This document shows positions 1-9,384 of a stretch of 32,000 nt of DNA, in pieces (positions within the stretch are counted from its first letter, which is position 1; the number at the start of each line of letters is the position of its first letter). This stretch comes from Pasteurella multocida (GTDB lineage Bacteria; Pseudomonadota; Gammaproteobacteria; Enterobacterales; Pasteurellaceae). Location of the stretch: positions 1,470,001-1,502,000 of the forward strand of contig NZ_LT906458.1 in NCBI RefSeq assembly GCF_900187275.1. The letters are read 5' to 3'. The position numbers and the translations under genes are program-made. Below the pieces are notes generated by a model that was not told the DNA's origin, searched no databases, and worked only from the letters and a program-made list of their open reading frames with translations.

Positions 1-361
1 ACCAACTTTGTTCTGCTGCTGCTTTACATTCGGCAGACAGCCCTTCTGGACCACCAATCAGTAAACTGAGATCACGCCCATCGTTTTTCCAGACCTCTAG
101 CTGCGTAGCCAATTGCTCCGTAGTCCAAGGTTTACCGGGAATATCTAACGTGACGATACGGCTTTTTCCACACACGGCTAACATCGCTTTGCCTTCTTGT
201 TCTAAAATACGTTTAATGTCCGCATTTTTACCGCGTTTTCCGGCTGGAATTTCAATAAGCTCAAAAGGCATCTCTTTGGGAAAACGACGTTGATATTCTT
301 CAAATCCCGTCGTCACCCAGTTCGGCATTTTGGTACCCACGGCAATCAGTTGAATCTTCAC
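1..361 (-). CDS. rlmH: 23S rRNA (pseudouridine1915-N3)-methyltransferase RlmH, N-terminal ~120 codons; the 3' end runs off the window
   Basis: Not in the ORF track because it is open at the window edge. Reverse-strand translation from GTG (361-359) gives [71 protein letters not shown], which matches the RlmH/YbeA SPOUT family. It starts 3 nt after the rsfS stop, as in the conserved rsfS-rlmH pair. Confidence 0.85.
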   Translation of the reverse strand, partial: MKIQLIAVGTKMPNWVTTGFEEYQRRFPKEMPFELIEIPAGKRGKNADIKRILEQEGKAMLAVCGKSRIVTLDIPGKPWTTEQLATQLEVWKNDGRDLSLLIGGPEGLSAECKAAAEQSW

Positions 362-364
362 TGA

Positions 365-676
365 TTAGCCCCATAGTTTCTCAAGCTGATACATCTCTCG
401 ACTGTCTGCTTGCATAATATGCACAATCGCTTGCCCTAAATCAACGACGATCCAATCTGCCGTTTCTTGTCCTTCATCGCCAAAGGTTTCAAATCCTGCT
501 TGTTTACATTCCGTAATCAAATTTTGTGCCAGCGAAGACACATGACGACTCGAGTTGCCAGTACAAATTACCATATCATCAGTAATCGGCGATTTGCCAC
601 GCACATCTAAGCGTAAAATATCCGTGGCTTTTAAATCATCTAACTTATCAATAATAAAATCGACTAAGGTATTCAA
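365..676 (-). CDS. rsfS: Ribosomal silencing factor RsfS (YbeB/DUF143)
   Basis: Track ORF 365..709. The sequence ..[76 protein letters not shown] matches the RsfS family. The track start at 709 is a TTG that adds 11 residues absent from RsfS orthologues. I prefer the TTG at 676-674, which follows AAGGA by about 8 nt and gives 103 aa. The start remains ambiguous (676 vs 709). Confidence 0.85.
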   Translation of the reverse strand: MNTLVDFIIDKLDDLKATDILRLDVRGKSPITDDMVICTGNSSRHVSSLAQNLITECKQAGFETFGDEGQETADWIVVDLGQAIVHIMQADSREMYQLEKLWG

Positions 677-732
677 AATAGGTTTTCCTTCATGATAAAA
701 AAGTCGCAAATTCTATCACGACTTCAATGGGC

Positions 733-2004
733 TTAAAAGTTTCGTTTTAGACTGCGCTTTTTCTGAAAAGTGCGGTTTGAATTTGCACTATTTTTGCTGT
801 TGTTATTGCCACGCTTGATCCGATACGGTTTTGGCAAGGTCAATAACGCCGCCACATCATATTGACTGACAGGAATACTATGTGAGATATATTCTTCAAT
901 TGCGGGCAAATTCATCGCATATTCTTCACACGCAAAACTAATCGACACTCCACTCTCCCCCGCCCGCCCAGTACGACCGATACGGTGTACATAGTCCTCG
1001 CGATCATCTGGCAAGTCATAATTAAACACATGCGACACATCAGAGATATGTAAACCACGTGCAGCCACATCGGTCGCCACGAGAATATCCAAATGCCCTT
1101 CGGTAAATTGCTTCAACAGTGAAAGGCGTTTTTTCTGTGCGACATCACCAGTGAGTAGCCCCACACGGTGACCATCTGCCGCCAGATAGCCCCAGATGTC
1201 TTCACAACGATGTTTCGTGTTAGCAAAAATAATGCAACGTTCTGGCCATTCTTCTTCTAACAACGTGAGCAACAACGCCATCTTATCTTGGTTTGAAGGA
1301 TAAAAAAGTTCTTCTTTAATACGATGTCCCGTTTTTTGTAAGGGTTCAATTTCTACATATTCCGGATCATTCATATCCTCAAACGCCAATTCGCGCACTT
1401 TATAGGATAAGGTCGCAGAAAATAGCATGGTCAAACGGTGTTGTGGCGCTGGGCATTTACGCAATAAATAACGAATATCTTTAATAAAGCCAAGATCAAA
1501 CATCCGATCCGCTTCATCTAACACGACCACTTGAATTTTGTCTAAACGCACAATGCCTTGTTTCACATAGTCAATCACACGTCCAGTGGTACCAATTAAA
1601 ATATCAACACCTTGCTCAATGGCTTTGAGTTGTTTCTCATAGCCATCACCGCCATAGGCAAGTCCTGTTTTTAATCCTGTGGCTTTCGTAAGTAACGCTG
1701 CATCATTATTGATTTGAACAGCAAGCTCACGCGTTGGTGCAAGAATCAAGGCGCGCGGCTGACGTCCCCCTTTATCGCCTTGTTGAGTTAATAAATGATG
1801 AAAAGTCGCTGTTAAAAACGCCATCGTTTTGCCTGTACCGGTTTGTGCTTGTCCAGCCACATCTTTTCCCGCCAAACTCATCGGCAAAGAAAGTGCTTGA
1901 ATCGGGGTACAGTAATCAAAGCCTTTTTCTTGTAACGCAGCAAGCACCTGATGGTGCAAGGGTAAATCAGAAAAACGAAGTTGCGATAAATAATTATTTT
2001 GCAT
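733..2004 (-). CDS. rhlB: ATP-dependent DEAD-box RNA helicase RhlB
   Basis: Track ORF 733..2046. Motifs seen: AQTGTGKT (Walker A), DEAD (VVLDEADRM), [13 protein letters not shown]. It aligns along its full length with my memory of E. coli RhlB ([21 protein letters not shown]). The start is moved to the ATG at 2004 ([14 protein letters not shown]), dropping a 14-aa extension. Confidence 0.9.
   Translation of the reverse strand: MQNNYLSQLRFSDLPLHHQVLAALQEKGFDYCTPIQALSLPMSLAGKDVAGQAQTGTGKTMAFLTATFHHLLTQQGDKGGRQPRALILAPTRELAVQINNDAALLTKATGLKTGLAYGGDGYEKQLKAIEQGVDILIGTTGRVIDYVKQGIVRLDKIQVVVLDEADRMFDLGFIKDIRYLLRKCPAPQHRLTMLFSATLSYKVRELAFEDMNDPEYVEIEPLQKTGHRIKEELFYPSNQDKMALLLTLLEEEWPERCIIFANTKHRCEDIWGYLAADGHRVGLLTGDVAQKKRLSLLKQFTEGHLDILVATDVAARGLHISDVSHVFNYDLPDDREDYVHRIGRTGRAGESGVSISFACEEYAMNLPAIEEYISHSIPVSQYDVAALLTLPKPYRIKRGNNNSKNSANSNRTFQKKRSLKRNF
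768..776 (+). repeat. Hin-type uptake signal sequence core AAGTGCGGT
   Basis: Exact 9-mer read directly, inside the rhlB 3' end. Confidence 0.8.
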
Positions 2005-2071
2005 AAAAGAATAAATCTGTGAGAAAAATTGCGTTAAGAATAGCACGAAGTGATAAAATCCCCAAAAAATG

Positions 2072-2080
2072 ACCGCACTT
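2072..2080 (-). repeat. Hin-type uptake signal sequence core (ACCGCACTT on + strand)
   Basis: Exact reverse-complement 9-mer in the rhlB-rho intergenic region. Confidence 0.8.
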
Positions 2081-2217
2081 TTTCACTTTTTTAGTAAAAA
2101 CACCGTACTAAAACTAGACACCCATAGGTTTTAGTGATAATTTACGCACATTCTAAAAAATCACATATTCACCTTTTTTATTCTTTATAATCAAATCAAT
2201 AACAACCCTCAAATATT

Positions 2218-3480
2218 ATGCATCTTACAGAACTTAAAAATAGACCCGTTTCTGAATTAGTGGAACTCGGTGAAGGTCAAATGGGCTTAGAAAATCTAGC
2301 TCGCCTACGCAAACAAGACATTGTCTTCGCAATCTTAAAACAACACGCTAAAAGCGGTGAGGACATCTTTGGTGGTGGTGTGTTAGAAATTCTACCCGAT
2401 GGTTTCGGTTTCTTACGCTCCGCTGACAGTTCCTACCTTGCCGGCCCTGATGATATCTATGTTTCACCAAGTCAAATCCGTCGTTTCAACTTACAAACAG
2501 GTGATAAAATTGAAGGTAAAATTCGTCCACCTAAAGAAGGTGAACGTTATTTTGCGTTATTAAAAGTCGATCAAGTCAATGACGACCGACCTGAAGTGTC
2601 CCGTAGCAAGATTTTATTCGAAAACTTAACCCCTTTACATGCGAACTCTCGTCTCAGAATGGAGCGAGGTAACGGCTCAACGGAAGATCTAACTGCCCGC
2701 ATTTTGGATTTAGCCTCCCCGATTGGTAAAGGGCAACGTGGTTTGATTGTGGCGCCACCCAAAGCCGGTAAAACAATGTTGTTACAAAACATCGCACAAA
2801 GCATTACTTACAATTACCCTGAATGTGAATTGATCGTGTTATTAATTGACGAACGTCCAGAAGAAGTGACTGAAATGCAACGTTCGGTTAAAGGTGAGGT
2901 GATTGCTTCGACCTTTGATGAACCCGCAACTCGCCACGTACAAGTCGCTGAAATGGTGATTGAGAAAGCAAAACGTTCTGTTGAGCATAAAAAAGACGTG
3001 GTGATCCTCCTTGACTCAATTACACGTTTGGCACGTGCTTATAACACCGTCACTCCGGCATCAGGCAAAATTCTTTCTGGTGGTGTGGATGCTAATGCGT
3101 TACACCGTCCAAAACGTTTCTTCGGTGCAGCACGTAATGTCGAAGAAGGTGGTAGCTTAACCATTATCGCCACAGCACTCGTAGATACGGGCTCAAAAAT
3201 GGACGAAGTTATCTTTGAAGAGTTCAAAGGAACCGGTAATATGGAATTGCATCTTTCGCGCAAAATTGCCGAAAAACGCGTTTTCCCAGCCATTGACTTC
3301 AACCGTTCAGGCACCCGTAAAGAAGATTTACTCACAAGCCCAGATGAACTACAAAAAATGTGGATCCTACGTAAAATCTTACATCCAATGGGCGAAGTGG
3401 AAGCGATGGAATTCCTCATTGATAAACTCATGGTCGCCAAAACCAATGATGAGTTTTTTGAAATGATGAAACGTTCATAA
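2218..3480 (+). CDS. rho: Transcription termination factor Rho
   Basis: 420 aa. N-terminal [40 protein letters not shown], the RNA-binding region [14 protein letters not shown], and Walker [16 protein letters not shown]. Near-identical in pattern to E. coli Rho. Confidence 0.97.
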   Translation: MHLTELKNRPVSELVELGEGQMGLENLARLRKQDIVFAILKQHAKSGEDIFGGGVLEILPDGFGFLRSADSSYLAGPDDIYVSPSQIRRFNLQTGDKIEGKIRPPKEGERYFALLKVDQVNDDRPEVSRSKILFENLTPLHANSRLRMERGNGSTEDLTARILDLASPIGKGQRGLIVAPPKAGKTMLLQNIAQSITYNYPECELIVLLIDERPEEVTEMQRSVKGEVIASTFDEPATRHVQVAEMVIEKAKRSVEHKKDVVILLDSITRLARAYNTVTPASGKILSGGVDANALHRPKRFFGAARNVEEGGSLTIIATALVDTGSKMDEVIFEEFKGTGNMELHLSRKIAEKRVFPAIDFNRSGTRKEDLLTSPDELQKMWILRKILHPMGEVEAMEFLIDKLMVAKTNDEFFEMMKRS

Positions 3481-3494
3481 CCTCATCACAAAAT

Positions 3495-3526
3495 AAAAGC
3501 CTCAAAATCAATTTTGAGGCTTTTTC
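3495..3526. terminator. Bidirectional Rho-independent terminator shared by rho (+) and the convergent 3528..4436 gene (-)
   Basis: Stem GCCTCAAAA (3499-3507), loop TCAA, stem TTTTGAGGC (3512-3520). It is flanked by an A-run upstream and a T-run downstream, so either strand reads as hairpin plus U-tract. Confidence 0.8.
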
Positions 3527-3527
3527 T

Positions 3528-4436
3528 TTATTCGACAATCTGCTTATTTGCTTCTTTTTTTGCTTTGTTACGCCAAAGCCCTTTCAAGACAAATCCGAGC
3601 GCCAACAACACAACCACCAGTATTTTCCAAAATTTCGCCACAAAAGCCGTTATCACAGCAAATAAACCAAGTTTTGTGGCTAAAGTAATACCACCAATTA
3701 AGCTCGTTAAGCCATGTTCATAGACTGCATCTGTAGCTGGATCAAAATCAGCATAGCGCTTTCCTGTATTAAAACGAATCCGTGATAGTAAATCTTGCGC
3801 AATATGTTGTTCCGCTTTAATCCGATCCTCGCCTGTAATAAACCCTAATTCAATATAGCCTTCACGACCTAACACATAAGTATTGTAATTAATGGTATTA
3901 TCCAACTCAGGATTGGCATAAGGTCCTACTTCTTTTAAATTAACCGCCCAAATCAAACGGTTATTTTTCTCATCATAGGTCGGTTTTTGAATCCAATCTA
4001 CCATTTCAATTTCTGCGATACCTCTCTCGCGACGAATTTTATTTTGTTCTTCATCTCCTTCACGCAAAGCAGTAAAAAGTGCTTGAGCATCCCACTTACG
4101 CGCCTCTTTATCAGATACATAGCCCACATCATCGAACAGAATATCTGCTATCCATTCGGAATCCTCATTATCTTCCATCACAATACCAAGACGTCCCAAG
4201 ATCTGATTATTGCCGATTAATTCCATATATTGATTAGCTTCTTCCGCTGGTAGAAAAATCATCCCTGCCGGCAAAGCGAAAGTGGCTTGATCCGCTAAAG
4301 GAATAGTTGCAGGACCTTCAATGGCTTGTGAAAAGAGTTGCTCATAAAGCCAATCTTCTTCTACGCTGTTCTCTGCATTCACATGCCAGCTCAATCCTAA
4401 TAGTAAAAGTGCGGTCAATTTGATAAGTATTTTCAT
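3528..4436 (-). CDS. Exported, C-terminally membrane-anchored protein of unknown function (DUF2167/COG4714-like)
   Basis: 302 aa. Signal peptide MKILIKLTALLLLGLSWHVNA/EN. Two C-terminal hydrophobic helices (LTSLIGGITLATKLGLFAVITAFVAKFWKILVVVLLALGFVL) and a basic tail. The motifs GYVSD, NYN..VLGR, RYADFDP and KFWK match my recollection of the DUF2167 family. This is not verified by HMM. Confidence 0.6.
   Translation of the reverse strand: MKILIKLTALLLLGLSWHVNAENSVEEDWLYEQLFSQAIEGPATIPLADQATFALPAGMIFLPAEEANQYMELIGNNQILGRLGIVMEDNEDSEWIADILFDDVGYVSDKEARKWDAQALFTALREGDEEQNKIRRERGIAEIEMVDWIQKPTYDEKNNRLIWAVNLKEVGPYANPELDNTINYNTYVLGREGYIELGFITGEDRIKAEQHIAQDLLSRIRFNTGKRYADFDPATDAVYEHGLTSLIGGITLATKLGLFAVITAFVAKFWKILVVVLLALGFVLKGLWRNKAKKEANKQIVE
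4407..4415 (+). repeat. Hin-type uptake signal sequence core AAGTGCGGT
   Basis: Exact 9-mer with the extended context AAAAGTGCGGTCAATTT, inside the 5' end of the 3528..4436 gene. Confidence 0.8.
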
Positions 4437-4490
4437 GAGTTGTCGATTCCTAAGTGCCTACTGAATATCAAGGTATTGATTATGCTCAAG

Positions 4491-4528
4491 TAAAAAAATG
4501 CGGTCAATAAATTACTTTATGACCGCAT
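4491..4528 (-). terminator. Rho-independent terminator of dcuB, built from an inverted pair of degenerate USS (AATGCGGTCA / TGACCGCAT)
   Basis: On the - strand: ATGCGGTCA (4528-4520), a 13-nt loop, TGACCGCAT (4506-4498), then TTTTTTT (4497-4492). It lies 21 nt after the dcuB stop. Confidence 0.75.
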
Positions 4529-4548
4529 GGGAAAACAGAAAGGAATAC

Positions 4549-5880
4549 TTAAATCAGAATTTGTGCCAAGGTATATCCTACACAACAGGCTGTCACCACA
4601 CCAATTAATCCCGGCACCATGAAACTGTGGTTAAAGTAATATTTACCAATTTTGGTTGTGCCTGTCACATCAAAGTTCACGGTGGCAATATCAGATGGAT
4701 AGTTCGGGATAAAGAAATAACCATAGGTTGCCGGCATTAATCCAACAAGTAATGGTGCTGGTAATCCCATCGCAATCCCTACTGGTAATAACATCCGTGC
4801 GGTTGCTGCTTGGCTGTTAATCACCACAGATACCGCAAACAAGGCAAAGGCAAATGTCCATGGATAGGTTTGTACCATTTCTGTAATACCCGCTTTAAAC
4901 GACGGCATTGCATATTGGAAATAAGTATCACTCATCCAGGCGATACCGAAAATCGCAATGGCTGCAACCATACCCGATTTAAAGACCACCCCATTTGGTA
5001 CAGTTTCGACATTGGTTTTGGTCACCAACAAAATAATCCCGCCGAAACCAAGCATCATCATTTGAATAATTAATGACATAGAAATCGGTTTTTTCGCTTC
5101 ACCAATAGTACGAATCTCAGGGAACATCGCGATAATTACAATAGTAATTAAGGCTAATAAGAATAAATAAACCGCATGTCTTGCCGCTGGTGGTAATGTT
5201 TCGTTTAAAGATGTACTCGTGGTATTTAAAATACGATCACGCCAAACTGGATCTTCTAAACGACGTTGATACTCAGGATCAGCCTCGAGTTCTTTACCAC
5301 GACGTAAGCTATATAAAGACAATGCAATCGTGCCGATTAAAGTCGCCGGTACAGTCACAGAAATGATGCTTAACAAGGTGACATGTTCAAAACCCGGCAG
5401 GGCAACGATTTGTGCTAAATAATACACCACTGCCGCAGAAATTGGGCTCGACGTAATCGCAAGTTGTGAAGCCACAGAAGCCGCAGCCATCGGGCGTTCT
5501 GGACGAATTTTATTTTTTAATGCCACATCACCAATGATTGGCATAATCGAATAAACGGCATGACCCGTACCGAGCATAAAGGTCATCGTATATGTCACTA
5601 AAGGTCCCAAAATGGTGACACGTTTTGGATTACTGCGTAACACTCGCTCTGCGATCTGCAACATGAATTTTAGCCCGCCCGCGGCTTCTAAAATGGAAGC
5701 ACAAGTCACGACGGCTAAAATAATTAACATCACTTCAATCGGTGGTGAAGTTGGAGGCATGCGGAAAATAAAGACTTCAATTAATAAACCAATACCAGAT
5801 ACCACACCAAGCCCGATCCCGCCAAAACGGCTACCCAAATAAAGGGCGACCAGCAGGAATAAAAACTCTAAATAAAGCAT
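4549..5880 (-). CDS. dcuB: Anaerobic C4-dicarboxylate transporter, Dcu family (DcuB-like)
   Basis: 443 aa polytopic membrane protein. MLQIAE..LR.NPK, GTGH.VYS..PII.DVA.KN.IRPERPMAA and ITSSPISAAVV resemble E. coli DcuB more than DcuA. Confidence 0.85.
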   Translation of the reverse strand: MLYLEFLFLLVALYLGSRFGGIGLGVVSGIGLLIEVFIFRMPPTSPPIEVMLIILAVVTCASILEAAGGLKFMLQIAERVLRSNPKRVTILGPLVTYTMTFMLGTGHAVYSIMPIIGDVALKNKIRPERPMAAASVASQLAITSSPISAAVVYYLAQIVALPGFEHVTLLSIISVTVPATLIGTIALSLYSLRRGKELEADPEYQRRLEDPVWRDRILNTTSTSLNETLPPAARHAVYLFLLALITIVIIAMFPEIRTIGEAKKPISMSLIIQMMMLGFGGIILLVTKTNVETVPNGVVFKSGMVAAIAIFGIAWMSDTYFQYAMPSFKAGITEMVQTYPWTFAFALFAVSVVINSQAATARMLLPVGIAMGLPAPLLVGLMPATYGYFFIPNYPSDIATVNFDVTGTTKIGKYYFNHSFMVPGLIGVVTACCVGYTLAQILI

Positions 5881-5996
5881 AAATATACCTCTAAAATGTT
5901 ATAAAAAATTCTAGAAACAATCATACTTGATTTCTCTTTGCACACAATCGTTTTCATTCTCTTTGATGTAATTTTTTATAAGAATTAAACAATTTT

Positions 5997-6010
5997 TTGG
6001 TTTAAATCAA
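5997..6010. promoter_or_regulatory. Candidate FNR box TTGGTttaaATCAA upstream of dcuB
   Basis: 9/10 match to TTGAT-N4-ATCAA, centred about 123 nt upstream of the dcuB ATG. E. coli dcuB is FNR-activated. The spacing to the best -10-like hexamer (TATAAA, 5980-5975) does not fit a textbook -41.5 class II geometry. Confidence 0.35.
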
Positions 6011-6070
6011 AGAAATGAAATTGGCTAAAAAAGGAGGGATAAGAAAAGGCATAATCAGAAGAGAAAAGAG

Positions 6071-6102
6071 AAAAAATTTAGGCGGTGATAACACCGCCTA
6101 AA
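6071..6102 (-). terminator. Rho-independent terminator of acpP
   Basis: On the - strand: TTTAGGCGGTG, loop TTAT, CACCGCCTAAA (6102-6077), followed by TTTTTT (6076-6071). It starts 7 nt after the acpP stop. Confidence 0.85.
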
Positions 6103-6108
6103 TACGAA

Positions 6109-6339
6109 TTATTGATTGTTTTGAACGTAATCGATCGCAGATTGAACTGTCGTGATTTTCTCAGCTTCTTCGTCTGGAATTTCGATATCGAACTCTTCTT
6201 CTAAAGCCATGACTAATTCAACAGTATCTAAAGAATCCGCACCTAAATCTTCAACGAAAGACGCTTCAGGTTTAACTTCGTCTTCTTTAACGCCTAATTG
6301 TTCAACGATGATTTTTTTTACGCGTTCTTCAATGCTCAT
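6109..6339 (-). CDS. acpP: Acyl carrier protein
   Basis: 76 aa. [48 protein letters not shown], with the DSL phosphopantetheine-attachment serine. Confidence 0.98.
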   Translation of the reverse strand: MSIEERVKKIIVEQLGVKEDEVKPEASFVEDLGADSLDTVELVMALEEEFDIEIPDEEAEKITTVQSAIDYVQNNQ

Positions 6340-6599
6340 TTGTTTCTTCCTATGTTTAGTTTTTCGCTCACTGCGATGAGTTAGTAGTGTATATATTTTT
6401 TGTAAAGTTACAATGATTTTTGTCGGTGGTCAAACCTTAAAAGCATTTTTCAAAAAACACATACAGTGAAAATATAGTTACGTTACTTCATATACGCTTA
6501 AAGTGGCGTAACCAAGTTACATGCGAGGGGAATTTTAACATTAAGCAAAAAATTTGGCTATGCTTTTATCCCCTAAAATCTGTAATTGCATTATGACTA

Positions 6600-7328
6600 T
6601 TAGTTGGTATACATCCCACCATTCACATGTAATGTAGTACCTGTAATATAACCCGCATCATCCGAAGCTAAAAAGGCGACCGCTTTGGCAATATCTTTTG
6701 GATCACCTAAACGCCCTGCTGGAACTTGAGATAAAATACCGGCTTTTTGCTCTTCTGTTAACACATCTGTCATATCGGTTGCGATAAAACCAGGCGCTAC
6801 TACATTCACAGTAATACCACGCGAAGCCACTTCTTTTGCAAGCGCTTTACTAAAACCAATCAAGCCTGCTTTCGCAGCACAATAGTTAGTTTGACCAGGA
6901 TTACCCATCGATCCGACTACCGAACCAATCGTAATAATGCGACCAAAACGCTTTTTCATCATAGAACGCAACATGGCTTTTGATAAGTGATACACCGAAG
7001 TTAAATTAGTTTGCATGATATCAAACCATTCTTCATCTTTCATGCGCATTAACAGATTATCACGTGTAATGCCTGCATTATTGACTAAAATATCAATCTC
7101 ACCGAAATCTGCTTTGATTTTCTCTAGCGTTGTTTCAATCGAGGCAAGATCAGACACGTTCAGCACAAGCCCTTTACCTTTCTCGCCTAAATAGGCAGAA
7201 ATACTTTCTGCGCCTTTTTCAGACGTTGCCGTACCGATAACAAATGCGCCTTTTGCACTTAATTCTTCTGCAATCGCACGACCAATACCACGCGTTGCGC
7301 CTGTTACTAATGCAATTTTACCCTGCAT
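6600..7328 (-). CDS. fabG: 3-oxoacyl-[ACP] reductase FabG
   Basis: 242 aa SDR. GKIALVTGATRGIGRAIA, NNAGITRD, and the catalytic YCAAKAG (YxxxK). Its position between fabD and acpP matches the canonical fab cluster. Confidence 0.95.
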   Translation of the reverse strand: MQGKIALVTGATRGIGRAIAEELSAKGAFVIGTATSEKGAESISAYLGEKGKGLVLNVSDLASIETTLEKIKADFGEIDILVNNAGITRDNLLMRMKDEEWFDIMQTNLTSVYHLSKAMLRSMMKKRFGRIITIGSVVGSMGNPGQTNYCAAKAGLIGFSKALAKEVASRGITVNVVAPGFIATDMTDVLTEEQKAGILSQVPAGRLGDPKDIAKAVAFLASDDAGYITGTTLHVNGGMYTN

Positions 7329-7351
7329 TGAATCTCCCCTTTTTTAATGAG

Positions 7352-8290
7352 TTAAGCGAATAGTTCATCAACCGCATTTAATGATGTCAGATCATTAACC
7401 GCAGTAGCTTGTAAATCAGCGACGATACGTTTTGTTAAACCCGTCAAGACTTTGTTTGGACCGACTTCAACTAAAACCTGCACACCATCTTTTGCCATAC
7501 GTTCAACGGTTTCTGTCCAACGCACTGGACTATATAATTGACGAACAAGTGCGTGACGAATTTCACTATTTTCCGTTTCACACGCGACATCCACATTATT
7601 GATAACCGCTGTAGTTGGTGTTCTAATCGCAATATTATCTAAAGACACGGCTAATTGATCTGCTGCTGGTTTCATTAACGCACAATGAGAAGGCACACTT
7701 ACCGCTAAAGGCAGGGCACGTTTTGCCCCGGCGTCTTTACAAGCAGCTGCAGCACGTTCAACCGCTGCTTTTGCTCCCGCGATCACCACTTGCCCCGGCG
7801 AGTTAAAATTCACCGCAGACACCACCTCGCCTTGCGCTGCGTCGGCACAGGCACTGATGATGGCTTCATTATCTAAACCAATAATCGCATACATCGCGCC
7901 GGTCCCTTCGGGAACCGCTTGTTGCATTAATTTACCACGCAGCTCCACTAATTTGACTGCATCTTGGAAATCAAGTGCGCCCGCGCATACTAAAGCAGAA
8001 TATTCACCTAAACTATGTCCAGCCATCACGTCTGGCTTCAAATGAGGATATTTCTCTTGCCATACACGATAAATAGCAACAGATGCGGCTAACAGTGCTG
8101 GTTGTGTTTGCCAAGTTTTATTCAGTTCTTCCGCAGGTCCTTGTTGCACAAGTTGCCACAAGTCATAACCTAACACATCTGAAGCTTGTTTAAAGGTCTC
8201 TTCCACCACAGGATATTCTGTAGCTAATTCCGCTAACATTCCTACAGCTTGAGAGCCTTGTCCTGGAAAAACCATTGCAAATTTTTTCAT
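7352..8290 (-). CDS. fabD: Malonyl-CoA-[ACP] transacylase FabD
   Basis: Track ORF 7352..8332. MKKFAMVFPGQGSQAVGM and the active-site GHSLGEYSALV. The start is moved to the ATG at 8290, preceded by AAGGAAAA, removing a 14-aa extension. Confidence 0.93.
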   Translation of the reverse strand: MKKFAMVFPGQGSQAVGMLAELATEYPVVEETFKQASDVLGYDLWQLVQQGPAEELNKTWQTQPALLAASVAIYRVWQEKYPHLKPDVMAGHSLGEYSALVCAGALDFQDAVKLVELRGKLMQQAVPEGTGAMYAIIGLDNEAIISACADAAQGEVVSAVNFNSPGQVVIAGAKAAVERAAAACKDAGAKRALPLAVSVPSHCALMKPAADQLAVSLDNIAIRTPTTAVINNVDVACETENSEIRHALVRQLYSPVRWTETVERMAKDGVQVLVEVGPNKVLTGLTKRIVADLQATAVNDLTSLNAVDELFA

Positions 8291-8325
8291 GTTATTTTCC
8301 TTATTTTTAAAAATACTGAAAACTG

Positions 8326-8334
8326 ACCGCACTT
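8326..8334 (-). repeat. Hin-type uptake signal sequence core (ACCGCACTT on + strand)
   Basis: Exact reverse-complement 9-mer in the fabH-fabD spacer. Confidence 0.8.
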
Positions 8335-8351
8335 TAAGTCAATTCCGGCTA

Positions 8352-9305
8352 TTAAAACCTAACTAACGCCGATCCCCAAGTCAGACCACCGCCGAATGCT
8401 TCTAATAACAACAATTGTCCACGCTGAATACGTCCATCACGCACCGCCTCATCAAGCGCACTTGGAATACTGCCTGCAGACGTATTGCCATGGCGATCAA
8501 GTGTAACCACGACTTGCGACATATCCATATCTAATTTTTTTGCGGTAGCGGAAATAATCCGCAAGTTCGCCTGATGTGGAACTAACCAATCAATATCTTT
8601 CTTATCTAACTGGTTGGCTTCTAAGGTTTCTTCCACCACATTTGCTAATTCACGTACTGCAATTTTAAAGGTTGCGTTGCCCTGCATTTCTAAATAGGCA
8701 GGATCGGATTCAATACCGCGCGTCTGATTAGCTAAGGTTAAGACTTCAGCACTTTCGCCTGTTGCATGTAAATGCGTTGAAATGATCCCCGCTTGCTCAC
8801 TTGCTTCTAAAATCACAGCACCGGCACCATCACCAAATAAAATAATCGTGCCTCGATCCTCTGGATTTAACGCGCGGGAAAAGAGATCCGCCCCAATCAC
8901 GAGGGCTTTTTTTACTTTTCCGGTACGGATAAATTGATCGGCAACGGTTAAGGCGTAAACAAAGCCCGAACAGGCTGCTGCGACATCAAACGCAATCGCG
9001 TCTTTTATGCCGAGCATTTTCTGAATTTGACATGCCGTACTTGGAAAAGCATGTGTTGCGCTAGTCGTCGCGACGACAATAAGATCAATCTCATTGACAT
9101 CCATAGGCGATACCGCTAAGCAATTCTGGGCAGCTTCAAATCCCATGGTTGCCACAGTTTCGCTTTCTTCTGCAATGCGACGTTCTTTGATGCCAGTACG
9201 TTCCGAAATCCATTCATCAGAGGTGTCCACCATTTTTTCTAAATCGGCATTCGTACGGATATGTTTGGGTAAATAACTCCCGGTGGATAAGATTTTACTA
9301 TACAT
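8352..9305 (-). CDS. fabH: 3-oxoacyl-[ACP] synthase III FabH
   Basis: 317 aa. [13 protein letters not shown], active-site Cys in AAACSGF, HQAN and GNTSAGSIP motifs. Confidence 0.95.
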   Translation of the reverse strand: MYSKILSTGSYLPKHIRTNADLEKMVDTSDEWISERTGIKERRIAEESETVATMGFEAAQNCLAVSPMDVNEIDLIVVATTSATHAFPSTACQIQKMLGIKDAIAFDVAAACSGFVYALTVADQFIRTGKVKKALVIGADLFSRALNPEDRGTIILFGDGAGAVILEASEQAGIISTHLHATGESAEVLTLANQTRGIESDPAYLEMQGNATFKIAVRELANVVEETLEANQLDKKDIDWLVPHQANLRIISATAKKLDMDMSQVVVTLDRHGNTSAGSIPSALDEAVRDGRIQRGQLLLLEAFGGGLTWGSALVRF

Positions 9306-9384
9306 AAGAAATCTCGTTAAAAATCGTAGCCAAATGGGCTAATTGAAGTTGCTCTAACCTATTATTTTTTTAATATTGATACAG

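Noticed and set aside
1734-2006. All antisense or embedded ORF-track entries of 60-137 aa lying inside longer conserved genes. Examples: 1734-2006+, 2571-2804-, 3039-3446-, 3215-3466+, 3514-3723+, 3987-4220+, 4810-5073+, 5181-5366+, 5612-5842+, 6152-6379+, 7857-8045+, 9094-9276+, 9918-10331+, the 11644-12830 set, 15071-15573-, 16552-17120, 17487-17910+, 18463-18732+, 18978-19172+, 19352-20115+, 20099-20360, 21337-22597+, 23204-24198-, 24267-24570+, 25979-26692-, 28566-29201+.
   Set aside because: Each overlaps, on the opposite strand or in another frame, a gene with strong family-level sequence identity. Their translations are low-complexity or Cys/Arg/Ser-rich with no recognisable motifs and no RBS. 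They are typical shadow ORFs.
2047-2217. Searched the rhlB-rho spacer for a rhoL-like leader peptide, a trxA remnant or a clear promoter.
   Set aside because: A TATAAT (2186-2191) exists but has no acceptable -35 and leaves only a 26-nt leader. There is no small ORF with an RBS, so nothing here can be supported beyond 'rho control region'.
5886-5892. Perfect NarL/NarP heptamer TACCTCT next to the dcuB start.
   Set aside because: It is simply the reverse complement of the dcuB Shine-Dalgarno region (AGAGGTA), 6 nt from the ATG. A single heptamer there is not a plausible activator site.
6015-6101. A 28-codon highly basic ORF (MKLAKKGGIRKGIIRREKRKNLGGDNTA*) on the + strand in the acpP-dcuB spacer.
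   Set aside because: It has no convincing RBS. Its lysine/arginine richness is a direct by-product of the polypurine tract. It reads through the acpP terminator hairpin on the opposite strand, so it is most likely non-coding.
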